From positions 2,368,001 through 2,432,000 of the forward strand of contig OZ219866.1 in assembly GCA_964291675.2 (NCBI GenBank): 64,000 nt of DNA. The letters are read 5' to 3'. A program made the translations under genes and the position numbers. This document shows, in pieces, positions 9,555 through 18,947 of the stretch; the stretch's first letter is position 1, and every line of letters starts with the position of its first letter. The stretch is from Alphaproteobacteria bacterium (GTDB taxonomy: Bacteria > Pseudomonadota > Alphaproteobacteria > MPNO01). A model generated the notes under the pieces. That model was not told the DNA's origin. It saw nothing but the letters and a program-made list of their open reading frames with translations, and did not search any database.

Positions 9555-10325
9555 CTACGGCAGGCCGTCGGCCAGCTCCGGCGGCTCCTCGGCGAGCGCC
9601 TTCTCGATCTGCGGCGCCAGCCCGTCGACCGCCATCCGGTAGAGCTCCTCGCCGAGCTCCACCGTGGCTCCGCTCGGGTCGCCGCCGTGTCCCGACAGCG
9701 AGACCTGGCGCAGCAGGTAGTAGAAGAACAGCGTCTTGCCCCTGCCGCCGACCTTCTTCGCCTTCGCCATGTCGACCAGGTCGTCGCGGAAGTAGCGCAT
9801 GATCGAGGTCTCGACGATGTTGCCGTGCGGAATGCCGTAGCTCTCGTCGCCGTAGAACCTGCTCTGGATCTCGGGCGTGATGTCCCACCAGCTGAGCGCC
9901 TGGATCTTGAAGTCCGGATGCCGCACCCGGAGGTTGACCGCCGCGCAGTTCAGCGGATGGATGTTGGGCAGGTGCCCGTTGAGGAACAGGAGGCGCCGGA
10001 ACCCGGTCGCGTAGAGGCCGTCTGCGATCTCCTCGACCACCTTCTGGAAGGTCTCGGGGCTGAGCGACACGGTGCCGGGAATCCCGTCATGGCCGCCGGA
10101 ATGGCCGACCGGCAGCGGCGGCAGCACCGGGACCCCGGTGCGCTCCGAGACCCCGAGCGCGATGCGGTAGGCGACCAGGTAGTCGACGTTCATCGGCAGA
10201 TGGGGTCCGTGCTGCTCGGTCGCGCCGGTCGGCATGATCGCCATGTCCATGCCGCTGTCGACCAGCTCCCGCGCCGCCATCCACGACAGCTCGTCATAGA
10301 CGACCGGCTTGCCGCCGTTGGCCAT
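9555..10325 (-). CDS. Creatininase / creatinine amidohydrolase family protein
   Basis: PTGATEQHGPHLPMNVD, PGTVSL, NGHLPN, HGNIVETS, GDPSGAT. Confidence 0.88.
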   Translation of the reverse strand: MANGGKPVVYDELSWMAARELVDSGMDMAIMPTGATEQHGPHLPMNVDYLVAYRIALGVSERTGVPVLPPLPVGHSGGHDGIPGTVSLSPETFQKVVEEIADGLYATGFRRLLFLNGHLPNIHPLNCAAVNLRVRHPDFKIQALSWWDITPEIQSRFYGDESYGIPHGNIVETSIMRYFRDDLVDMAKAKKVGGRGKTLFFYYLLRQVSLSGHGGDPSGATVELGEELYRMAVDGLAPQIEKALAEEPPELADGLP

Positions 10326-10456
10326 GCCAAGACCTCCCCGTCCGGTCGGTTCCGGCGAGCAGGATAGTTGCGCCTTCCCGGCCCGGCCAGACGGCGCTTG
10401 CGGCGGCTCGCGCCGAGGGGCTATTGCAACGGCGCACGAAGGAGCGGGGAAGGGCC

Positions 10457-11692
10457 ATGCGGAACCTCAAGATTGACGGCGACCGGCTGTGGGCGTCGCT
10501 GATGGAGCTCGCCGAGATCGGCGCCACCGAGAAGGGCGGGGTGTGCCGACTCGCGCTGACCGATCTCGACCGCGCCGGGCGCGACCTGTTCGTCCGCTGG
10601 TGCGAGGACGCCGGCTGCACGGTGAGCGTGGACGGGGTCGGCAACATCTTCGCCCGGCGGCCCGGCCGGGACGACACCCTGCCGCCCGTGATGGCCGGCA
10701 GCCATCTCGATTCGCAGCCCACCGGCGGCAAGTTCGACGGCGCCTATGGCGTGCTCGCCGGGCTCGAGGCGGTCCGCACCCTCAACGATTTCGCGATCGA
10801 GACCGACGCGCCGGTGGAGATCGTCGCCTGGACCAACGAGGAAGGGAGCCGCTTCTCGCCGCCGATGATGGGCTCGGGCGCCTTCGCCGGGGTGTTCGGC
10901 ACCGAAGAGGTGAAGGCGCGGCCGGACAACGCGACCGGCGCGCGGCTCGGGGACGAGCTCGCGCGCATCGGCTACGACGGCGGCGCGCCGGTCGGCGGAA
11001 GGGAGATCGGCGCCTATTTCGAGGCCCATATCGAACAAGGCCCGATCCTGGAGAACGAGGGCAAGACCATCGGCGTCGTCACCGGCGCCCAGGGGCAGCG
11101 CTGGTACGAGGTCACCGTGACCGGGCAGGAGGCGCATGCCGGCCCGACCCCGATGGCGCTGCGCAGGGACGCGCTGGTCGCCGCCGCGCGCATGATCGAT
11201 GCGGTCAACCGGCTGGGCCACGACTTCCCGCCCAACGCCTGCGCCACCGTCGGCTTCGTCGAGTCGAGCCCGAATTCGCGCAACACGATTCCCGGCCTTG
11301 TGTTCTTCACCGTCGATCTGCGCCACCCGGACGACGCAACCCTGGCGGCGATGGACCGCCGGCTGCGCGCCGATTTCGCCGGGATCGCGGAGGCCGCCGG
11401 CTGCACCGCGGACATCGTCGATTTCTGGGACTTCCCGGCGACCGCGTTCGATCCGGCCTGCGTTTCCGCCGTGCGCGAGGCCGCCGGGCAGGGCGGCGTC
11501 GGCTGGCGCGACATCGTCTCGGGCGCCGGCCACGACGCCGTCTACATCGCCCGCATCGCGCCCGCCGCGATGATCTTCATCCCCTGCGAGGGCGGCATCA
11601 GCCACAACGAGATCGAGAACGCGACGCGCGAAGACTGCGCCGCCGGCGCCCAGGTGCTGCTCCAGGCGATGCTGGAGCGCGCGATGCACTGA
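10457..11692 (+). CDS. M20 Zn-dependent amidohydrolase (N-carbamoyl-amino acid hydrolase / beta-ureidopropionase family)
   Basis: GSHLDSQPTGGKFDG, WTNEEGSRF, EAHIEQGPILE, HAGPTPM, SGAGHDA, SHNEIE. Confidence 0.92.
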   Translation: MRNLKIDGDRLWASLMELAEIGATEKGGVCRLALTDLDRAGRDLFVRWCEDAGCTVSVDGVGNIFARRPGRDDTLPPVMAGSHLDSQPTGGKFDGAYGVLAGLEAVRTLNDFAIETDAPVEIVAWTNEEGSRFSPPMMGSGAFAGVFGTEEVKARPDNATGARLGDELARIGYDGGAPVGGREIGAYFEAHIEQGPILENEGKTIGVVTGAQGQRWYEVTVTGQEAHAGPTPMALRRDALVAAARMIDAVNRLGHDFPPNACATVGFVESSPNSRNTIPGLVFFTVDLRHPDDATLAAMDRRLRADFAGIAEAAGCTADIVDFWDFPATAFDPACVSAVREAAGQGGVGWRDIVSGAGHDAVYIARIAPAAMIFIPCEGGISHNEIENATREDCAAGAQVLLQAMLERAMH

Positions 11693-11702
11693 GGGGAAGG
11701 GC

Positions 11703-12473
11703 TCAGCGCTTGCGCATCAGGAAGGCGCGCATGCGCTCGCGCGCCTCGCCGCTCGCGAAGCCTTCGGCCAAGGAGTCCATGCTGCGCTCGATCGCCTCGG
11801 CCAGCGGCAGCTCCTCCCAGTCGCGCAGCAGCGCCTTCTGCAGGCGGATCGCGGTCGGGCCGGCGCGGCAGATCGCGTCCACGGTGCGCGCGATCCCGGC
11901 GTCGAGCTCGCCCTCGGGGACCAGCGAGTCGACGAGGCCCCAGCGTTCCGCCCGTTCCGCCCCGACGGTCTCCCCGGTATAGACCAGCCGGGCCGCGCGC
12001 CCCCAGCCCACCAGCCGGGGAAGCAGTGCCGCCTCGATCACCGAGGGGATGCCCACCTGCACCTCGGGCATGCCGAACTTCGCGCTGCCGTCGGCCACCC
12101 GGAGATCGCAGGAGGCGGCGATTTCGAGCCCGGCTCCGAGGCAGTATCCGGCAAGCCGCGCCACCACCGGGACCGGAGCGGTGCGGATCGCCATGCACGC
12201 ATCGTGCAGCGCGGCGATGAACGGATGGGCGGTCTCGGGCGTGAGATCGACCATCTCGCTTATGTCCGCCCCGCCGATAAAGGCGCGCTCGCCCGCCCCG
12301 CGCAGCACAACGGCCCGCACTCCGGGGCTCTCGCCCGCCCGCCGGATGGCGGCGCCGAGCGCTTCGCAGCCGTCGCGGTCGATGACGTTGAGCTTGGCCG
12401 GGTTGTCGACGCAGGCGGTCGCGACACGCCCGCCGCACCGGTTGTCCGCGAACTGGAGATGGATCGCGCTCAA
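11703..12473 (-). CDS. Enoyl-CoA hydratase/isomerase family protein
   Basis: AFIGGADI, GYCLGAGLEIAASCDLR, FGMPEVQVGIPS. Likely TTG start 8 nt after GGAG; the track starts at ATG 12509. Confidence 0.87.
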   Translation of the reverse strand: MSAIHLQFADNRCGGRVATACVDNPAKLNVIDRDGCEALGAAIRRAGESPGVRAVVLRGAGERAFIGGADISEMVDLTPETAHPFIAALHDACMAIRTAPVPVVARLAGYCLGAGLEIAASCDLRVADGSAKFGMPEVQVGIPSVIEAALLPRLVGWGRAARLVYTGETVGAERAERWGLVDSLVPEGELDAGIARTVDAICRAGPTAIRLQKALLRDWEELPLAEAIERSMDSLAEGFASGEARERMRAFLMRKR

Positions 12474-12490
12474 CGCTCGGTCTCCATGGT

Positions 12491-12520
12491 GCCCGGCATC
12501 GTCCGGCATCGTCCGGCATC
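12491..12520. repeat. 10-bp tandem repeat (GTCCGGCATC) x3 in a divergent promoter region
   Basis: gcccggcatc gtccggcatc gtccggcatc, read directly. Confidence 0.8.
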
Positions 12521-12610
12521 ATATGGAGCGCGCCCCGGCGCCGCCACGATTGTTGCCCGCCACGCGACCCGCGGCACATACTCCGATGCGGAACGCCCAG
12601 GGAAAATTCG

Positions 12611-13297
12611 ATGCGCCTCCAGATCGGCCTCCTGCTCTTCCCCGACATCACCCAGCTCGATCTGACCGGACCCTACGAGGTCTTCACCAAGTTCCCGGAC
12701 ACCGACGTCCATCTGCTGTGGAAGGACCTCGAACCGGTCGCGGCGGCCGGCGGCATGCGGCTGTTGCCGAGCGCGCGCTTCGCCGACTGCCCGCCTCTCG
12801 ACCTGATCTGCGTGCCGGGGGGCGCGGGCATGAACGGGCTGCTGAACGACGCGGAGACGCTCGGCTTCCTGCGTCGCCAGGCCGACGGCGCGCGCTACGT
12901 CACCTCGGTCTGCACCGGCTCGCTGGTGCTCGGCGCGGCGGGGCTGCTGCGCGGCAGGCGGGCGACGACGCACTGGATGTCGCTGCCGATGCTGGCCGCC
13001 TTCGGCTGCGAGCCGGTGGCCGAACGCGTCGTCGTCGACGGCAAGCTGATCACCGGCGGCGGGGTCACCGCGGGGATCGACTTCGCCCTGCGGGTCGCGG
13101 GCGAGCTGTTCGGGGCCGAGACCGCGCGGCGGATCCAGCTCGCCATCGAGTACGATCCCGATCCGCCCTACGACTCCGGCTCCCCGACACGGGCGGACCG
13201 GGCGCTGGTGGGGGCGGTGCGCGAGGCCGCTTCGGCGCGCCAAAGCGAGCGCGAGGAAGCGGTCGCCCGGGCCGCGGCCCGGCTCGGCGAGGGTTGA
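12611..13297 (+). CDS. inhA: Isonitrile (isocyanide) hydratase, DJ-1/PfpI family
   Basis: Closely follows Pseudomonas ICH as I recall it: QIGLLLFP..QLDLTGP (Asp17), FADCPPLD, YVTSVCTGSLVLGAAGLL (catalytic Cys), TGGGVTAGIDFAL, IQLAIEYDPDPP. Confidence 0.8.
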   Translation: MRLQIGLLLFPDITQLDLTGPYEVFTKFPDTDVHLLWKDLEPVAAAGGMRLLPSARFADCPPLDLICVPGGAGMNGLLNDAETLGFLRRQADGARYVTSVCTGSLVLGAAGLLRGRRATTHWMSLPMLAAFGCEPVAERVVVDGKLITGGGVTAGIDFALRVAGELFGAETARRIQLAIEYDPDPPYDSGSPTRADRALVGAVREAASARQSEREEAVARAAARLGEG

Positions 13298-13335
13298 TCC
13301 TCGCGGCAGCGCCGGTCGGGGACGGGGAGAGGACG

Positions 13336-14091
13336 ATGCGGATCAAGCTCTGCCTTTCGACCGTGCTGATCCTGCTCTGCGCCGCAGGAGCCGCCCGCGC
13401 GCAACCCCAGGCGGTCGACCTCGAGCTCGCCTTCGTGGTCGACGCATCGGGCAGCATCGACGAGGCCGAGACCCGGCTGCAACGCCAGGGCTATGCCGAT
13501 GCGCTCGCCAACCCGCGCGTCCTGCAGGCGATCGGCAGCGGCTTCCTGCGCGCGATCGCGGTCGCCTATATCGAGTTCGCGGGCCTCTCCTGCGAGCGCG
13601 TCAGCGTCGCCTGGACGCGCATCGACGGCCCGGACAGCGCACGATCCTTCGGCGAGCGGATCCTCGCCTTGCCGCGCATGTTCTGTCCCGGCGGCAACGC
13701 CATCAGCGATGCCATGGCGCTTGCCGCCGCGTCGATCCGAAGCAACGGCTTCGACGGCACCCGCAAGGTGATCGACGTATCGGGCGACGGTCCCAACACG
13801 CTCGGCCTTCCGGTCGAGCTCGCCCGCGACGCGGCCGTTGCGGCGGGCATCACGGTCAACGGGCTGGTGATCGAGCGCCCGTCCATGCCCGACCTCGACG
13901 CCTATTACCGGGCGGCGGTGACCGGCGGCCCCCGGTCCTTCGTGATCGCCGCCAAGGACCGGCGGTCCTTCGCCGAGGCGATCCTGAAGAAGATGATTTT
14001 GGAGATCGCCGGACGCCATCCCACCGGCCGGCACGCGGCCGCGCTGGTACGAGGCGGCGGGAAGCGGCCTGACACGGGGAAACCGCCATGA
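13336..14091 (+). CDS. DUF1194 (vWA-fold) exported protein
   Basis: Signal peptide, VDLELAFVVDASGSID (MIDAS-like), LQRQGYADAL, RKVIDVSGDGPN, FAEAILKKMILEIA. Confidence 0.85.
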   Translation: MRIKLCLSTVLILLCAAGAARAQPQAVDLELAFVVDASGSIDEAETRLQRQGYADALANPRVLQAIGSGFLRAIAVAYIEFAGLSCERVSVAWTRIDGPDSARSFGERILALPRMFCPGGNAISDAMALAAASIRSNGFDGTRKVIDVSGDGPNTLGLPVELARDAAVAAGITVNGLVIERPSMPDLDAYYRAAVTGGPRSFVIAAKDRRSFAEAILKKMILEIAGRHPTGRHAAALVRGGGKRPDTGKPP

Positions 14092-14408
14092 AGGCGATGG
14101 TGCTCCACGACCGGGAGAAGCCGTTCCGCCTGGAGGAGCGCCCGGAGCCGCGCGCCGGCATGGGAGAAGCCGTGATGCGGGTGCGCGCGGCCGGGGTGGG
14201 GCTCACGCTGGTCAACACGCGGCTCGGCCGGATGGGCGGCTCGCGCCACTCGACCCGCACCGAGCTGAACGAGACGATGGAGATCATGGCGCGCGGTCTG
14301 GTCGAGCCGGTGGTCGGGATGCGGGTGCCGTTCGAGGAGGTGGGAACCGTCTTCGATGCGCTCAGGAGCGAAACCCTGCCCGGCCGCGGCGCGCTGACCT
14401 ACCCCTGA
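14088..14408 (+). pseudogene. Internally deleted duplicate of the MDR dehydrogenase at 17922..18947
   Basis: Matches the 5' and 3' ends of 17922..18947 with 10 mismatches in 321 bp by manual comparison. 705 bp are missing, joined at the 8-bp microhomology CGGCTCGC. Confidence 0.9.
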
Positions 14409-14731
14409 GCGGGGGTTCCGTCGTTGCATACGGAATCAGGCAATAAACTTGCCATCACCCGATCCGCGGGCGCCGGGCCACACGAGCGTTATCACCATGG
14501 AATTGTCTCAAAGCGACCAAGGACTCTGGCGTCCATCGTTTCCCTGGGTGATAATCGAACGGTCAAGCCGGTTGCCGTGGTGGCTTGAGCGACCCGGCCC
14601 TGTCCGCCGGACTCTGCGGCCCACGCCAGGCTCTCGCGCCACGAACCGGGACAAATCCGACGGCGAGGCGTGGCTCGTCCGCGGCCAAAGCGAATTCGGG
14701 TTCAAGACCCGACAACCGATAGGGGGGTGAA

Positions 14732-15817
14732 ATGTCCAAGCGAGGTTGGGGTTCCCTGTTGCGGTGGGCCACTCTGCCGCTGATCGCATGCTTCTTTTTC
14801 TCGTCCATTCCGGCCCAGGCCGAAAAGATCAGACTGAAGATTGCGTCGGGCCATAGCCCGGGCTGGCATTTCATCGAGCTTGCCCAGGATTACTTCGTCC
14901 CGGAGGTGAAGAAACGGGTGAAGGAGCGTACGAGCCACGAGATCGAATTCATCGAGGGGTTCTCCGGCTCGATGGTCAAGGCGACCGAGGTCCTCGAAGC
15001 AGTCCAATCCGGGATCATCGAAGTCGGCGTGTTCTGCATCTGTCACGAAGGCCAGAAACTCTCGATCCACAACTTTCCCTACTACCTGCCGTTCGGGCCG
15101 AGCGACCCGAACATTTCGGTCAAGGCGACGCGCATCGTCTACGACAAGAGACCCGAGTTGAACGAGGTGTTCACCAAGCTCGGCCAGCGGGTTCTCGGAC
15201 TCATTCCCTTCGAGCCCTACGATATCGTGTCGCGGTTTCCCATCGAGAAGGCGTCGGACGTGAAGGGACGCAAGATTGGCGCCGCCGGCCCCAATGCCTT
15301 CTGGGTTGCAAAGGCGGGCGCGCTTCCGGTCTCGGTGGGCGGTCCCGACATGTACACCTCGTTCCAGACCGGGCTGATCGACGCCATGCTGATCTTCCCC
15401 GGCGTCATGGATACCCTCAAGCTCTATGAGGTAGCGCCCTACCTGGTAAGGGTTGCGATCGGCTCGATGACCGTCGTTCCGGTGACGGTCAACAACCGCA
15501 GGTTCAATCGCTTGCCCAAAGAAGTGCAGGACATCTTCATCGAGGTCGGGCGCGACATGGAAGCCAAGGCCGGGCCGTTCACCACCGAGCTCGTCGCCAA
15601 GATCCTGAAGGTGCTCAAGGAGAAGGGCGTCAAGATCGTGAGCGTGAGCGACTCCGAGCGCGAAGCATGGTCAAAGATGCTGGTCGATGAGCCGGCCAAG
15701 ATCGCCAAGAAATTCGAGGCGGAGAGCAAACTACCTGTCACCGAGGTCATGAAGGCTTATATCGCGGCCACCGAGTCACTCGGGCACAAATGGCCGCGCA
15801 AAGCCAACCTGGACTAG
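14732..15817 (+). CDS. dctP: TRAP transporter substrate-binding protein
   Basis: Signal peptide ending AQA, LKIASGH, EVLEAVQSG, DVKGRKI, YTSFQTGLID, KLYEVAPY, LPKEVQDIF. Confidence 0.9.
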   Translation: MSKRGWGSLLRWATLPLIACFFFSSIPAQAEKIRLKIASGHSPGWHFIELAQDYFVPEVKKRVKERTSHEIEFIEGFSGSMVKATEVLEAVQSGIIEVGVFCICHEGQKLSIHNFPYYLPFGPSDPNISVKATRIVYDKRPELNEVFTKLGQRVLGLIPFEPYDIVSRFPIEKASDVKGRKIGAAGPNAFWVAKAGALPVSVGGPDMYTSFQTGLIDAMLIFPGVMDTLKLYEVAPYLVRVAIGSMTVVPVTVNNRRFNRLPKEVQDIFIEVGRDMEAKAGPFTTELVAKILKVLKEKGVKIVSVSDSEREAWSKMLVDEPAKIAKKFEAESKLPVTEVMKAYIAATESLGHKWPRKANLD

Positions 15818-15840
15818 GAACGACCGATACCATGCAGAGA

Positions 15841-15875
15841 GGGCGGGGAGGCGTTGCACCGTCTCCGCCCTTCTT
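15841..15875 (+). terminator. Hairpin after dctP (attenuating or mRNA-stabilising stem-loop)
   Basis: GGGCGGGGAGGCG...CGTCTCCGCCC followed by TTCTT, between dctP and dctQ. Confidence 0.4.
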
Positions 15876-15944
15876 GCGCGCGCCCGGCCGCTCCTTGAGC
15901 GCCCGGCGGTTCTCTGGCACCGCGCGCGCTTGCAAGGGACTGCC

Positions 15945-16466
15945 ATGAGAAAATTCCTGCTAGGAGTAGACGCTCTTACGAAGGCGATGATGATCTTCAC
16001 GGCGTTCTGCGCCTTGGGCATCGCCTTTCTGATCCTCGTCGAGGTCTTCGCGCGCAATGCGGGCCTGCAATTCTACGGCGCCGCCGAGTACATTCGGAAT
16101 TTTCTCATCGTGATCGTGTTCCTCCAGCTGCCGTTTGCCATTCGGGTCCGCGGCATGCTGGTCGTCGATATTTTCGTCGATAGCCTGCCGAAGCGTGCGG
16201 CCGTCCCGGTTTCCATTGTCGGCGATTTTCTGGGGCTTCTCTTCTTCGGCGCGGTGGCGGCCGGCTCCTTGGATCCCGCCATCGCAGCGTGGGTAGAGGG
16301 CCAATACGAAGGCGAAGGCGTCGTCGACGTGCCGGCATGGCCGGCGAAGTTCTCCATCGTGATCGGATGCGGCATCGCCGCCTTCTACTATTACGTGCGG
16401 ATTGCCGAGACGCTCAGGTCCGGAGAGATGGCTTCGCGTTCCAAGGGAACGCCGCCAGCAATTTAG
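15945..16466 (+). CDS. dctQ: TRAP transporter small permease
   Basis: Four hydrophobic segments, EVFARN, VVDIFVD, PAWPAKF; lies between dctP and dctM. Confidence 0.85.
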   Translation: MRKFLLGVDALTKAMMIFTAFCALGIAFLILVEVFARNAGLQFYGAAEYIRNFLIVIVFLQLPFAIRVRGMLVVDIFVDSLPKRAAVPVSIVGDFLGLLFFGAVAAGSLDPAIAAWVEGQYEGEGVVDVPAWPAKFSIVIGCGIAAFYYYVRIAETLRSGEMASRSKGTPPAI

Positions 16467-16475
16467 GAGTGGGTC

Positions 16476-17837
16476 TTGGAAGCGGCCGCCCCATATCTGC
16501 TCGTTTGTCTGCTGCTATTGCTCGTCTTTGCCGGGGTGGAAATTGCCGTTTGCCTTGGAATCGTCAGCTTCTTGGCGATGTACAGTGCAACGCAGGATCT
16601 CGGTATTTCGCTGTCGTTCCTGAACAGCACCGCTTACGAGGCGCTGCGCCAATATCTGTTCGCCGTGGTGCCGCTATTCATCCTCATGGGACAGTTCATT
16701 GCGCAATCTGGTGCCGCAGCCGACCTATACCGGGGGATCGACCGCTGGCTACACCGCATTCCGGGTCGCTTTGCCTACGCTACCGTTCTCGGCAATGTGG
16801 TGTTCGCCTTCGTGACGGGCACGAGCCTCGCCTCGGCCACGACCTTTACCGCCATCGCCTATCCGCAAATGAAGGAAGCCGGCTACAACCGGCACTTTTC
16901 GCTCGGCCTGGTCAGCGGCAGCGCGTGCCTCGGCATGCTGATCCCGCCAAGCCTGCTGATGGTCGTGTGGGGTATTTTGACCGACCTTTCCATCGGCCAC
17001 CTTTTCATCGCCGGCGTGATTCCCGGATTCATACTGGCGGCGCTCATGATGGCTTACATCTTCGCAGTTACGCTGATTCGGCCTGACCTTGTCGGTCAAG
17101 GCAACGGTCAGGGACAGTCAGTGCCTGACGACGCCGATGCCGTTGCCGAGCATGGATCGGCGAGCACGCGGCCCGAGCCCACCTCGCTCGACATGACCAT
17201 CAGCTTGACGGGCCTGCTCGCGATAATGATCGGGGCGCTTGGAGGAATCTGGGTCGGGTTCTTCACGCCGACCGAAGGGGCCGGCATCGGCGCGCTCATC
17301 GCCCTCGTCGTCGGCATCGCGAAGGGTATGCGCTGGCCGGCAATCTATGAGACCGTTCTGCTCGCCGCCCGTACGGCCATTCCACTGATGATCATTGTTT
17401 TCGCCGCTCAGCTGTACTCGCGCACGCTGGCCATGAGCGGAATCGGGCTGACCCTGCAGGGCACGATCACCGGAAGCGGCCTGCCGGAATGGGGGATCGT
17501 TCTGTTCATGATCTTCATCTGGCTGGTGCTCGGCACGCTGATCGATTCGATCTCGATCATGCTGCTGACGGTGCCGATCTTCGGACCGGTTGCGCTCTCA
17601 CTGGGGATCGATCCGCTGGTCTTCGCGATCGTTGGGATCCTGACGATCGAGGCCGGTCTTCTAACCCCGCCTTTTGGATTGATCGTGTACGCGGTGCGGT
17701 CCGTCATCCCGACCGAGAACGTGTCCATGAAGGCCATCTTCGCGGGTTCGACGCCGTTTTGCGTCATTCTGCTGGTCACCATCGCCATCATCTTGACGGT
17801 GCCGGAGACGGTGACATTCCTGACGAGGCTGATTTGA
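16476..17837 (+). CDS. dctM: TRAP transporter large permease
   Basis: VPLFILMG, GMLIPPS, FTPTEGAG, GLLTPPFG. TTG start after AGGAG. Confidence 0.92.
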   Translation: MEAAAPYLLVCLLLLLVFAGVEIAVCLGIVSFLAMYSATQDLGISLSFLNSTAYEALRQYLFAVVPLFILMGQFIAQSGAAADLYRGIDRWLHRIPGRFAYATVLGNVVFAFVTGTSLASATTFTAIAYPQMKEAGYNRHFSLGLVSGSACLGMLIPPSLLMVVWGILTDLSIGHLFIAGVIPGFILAALMMAYIFAVTLIRPDLVGQGNGQGQSVPDDADAVAEHGSASTRPEPTSLDMTISLTGLLAIMIGALGGIWVGFFTPTEGAGIGALIALVVGIAKGMRWPAIYETVLLAARTAIPLMIIVFAAQLYSRTLAMSGIGLTLQGTITGSGLPEWGIVLFMIFIWLVLGTLIDSISIMLLTVPIFGPVALSLGIDPLVFAIVGILTIEAGLLTPPFGLIVYAVRSVIPTENVSMKAIFAGSTPFCVILLVTIAIILTVPETVTFLTRLI

Positions 17838-17921
17838 GACTGCGATTCGCCGCGGCGACGACAGCCCAGCCCGGGGTTTCGCGTACCACCCCCACCCGCG
17901 TCGCGAAATGAGGGAACAGCG

Positions 17922-18947
17922 ATGAAAGCGATGGTGCTCTACGACCGGGAGAAGCCGTTCCGCCTGGAGGAGCGCCCGGAGCCGCGCGCCGGCATGGGAG
18001 AAGCCGTGATGCGGGTGCGCGCGGCCGGGGTGGGGCTCACGCTGGTCAACATGCGGCTCGGCCGGATGGGCGGCTCGCTGCCGCGCGTCATGGGTCACGA
18101 GCTGGCGGGCGAGATCGTCGAGACCGGCGAGGGGGTGAGCGCGATCTCGGTGGGCCAGCGCTGCGCGGTCTATTTCTACCTCACCTGCGGGCGCTGCCGC
18201 TGGTGCCGCGGCGGGCGCGAGACGCTGTGCGAGAACTTCGCCGGCTTTGTCGGCGGCGACCGCGACGGCGGGTTCGCCGAATATGTCTGCCTGCCGGCCG
18301 AGAACTTCTTGCCCATCCCCGACGGCTTGTCCGACGAAGCGGCCGCCGTGGCCGCCGATGCCGTCAACACCAACTGGCACTGCATGCGCGAACGCGCGCG
18401 GATCGACGCGCACGACACGATCCTGCTGATCGGCGCGGGCGGCGGTGTCGGCATTCACGGCGTGCAGGTGGCGCGGCTGTTCGGCGCGCGGGTGATCGCC
18501 GCCGACGTGTCGGAGGAGAAGCTGGACCTCGCCCGAAGCTGGGGGGCGGAGGAGACGATCGACGTCCGCGCGGTGGACGATGTCGCGGCGGAGGCGAGGC
18601 GGCTGACCGGGGGGCGCGGCGTCGATGCCGCGGTCGACTATGTCGGTCACGGCGAGACCTTCCAGGCGGCGATCGACAGCCTCGCGACCTCGGGCCGGGC
18701 GGTGGTGATCGGCGTCGGCACGGGCAAGGCGAGCATCGATCCGTTCCGGCTGGTCCGCACCGAGCAGATCGTGACCGGCTCGCGCCACTCGACCCGCGCC
18801 GAGCTGATCGAGACGATGGAGATCATGGCGCGCGGGCTGGTCGAGCCCGTGGTCGGGATGCGGGTGCCGTTCGAGGAGGTGGAAATCGTCTTCGATGCGC
18901 TCAGGAGCGAAACCCTGCTCGGCCGCGGCGCGCTGACCTACCCCTGA
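17922..18947 (+). CDS. Zn-binding medium-chain dehydrogenase/reductase (alcohol dehydrogenase family)
   Basis: GHELAGEI, structural-Zn motif CGRCRWCRGGRETLC, GAGGGVG. The usual GxCxxD reads GVGLTL. Confidence 0.88.
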   Translation: MKAMVLYDREKPFRLEERPEPRAGMGEAVMRVRAAGVGLTLVNMRLGRMGGSLPRVMGHELAGEIVETGEGVSAISVGQRCAVYFYLTCGRCRWCRGGRETLCENFAGFVGGDRDGGFAEYVCLPAENFLPIPDGLSDEAAAVAADAVNTNWHCMRERARIDAHDTILLIGAGGGVGIHGVQVARLFGARVIAADVSEEKLDLARSWGAEETIDVRAVDDVAAEARRLTGGRGVDAAVDYVGHGETFQAAIDSLATSGRAVVIGVGTGKASIDPFRLVRTEQIVTGSRHSTRAELIETMEIMARGLVEPVVGMRVPFEEVEIVFDALRSETLLGRGALTYP

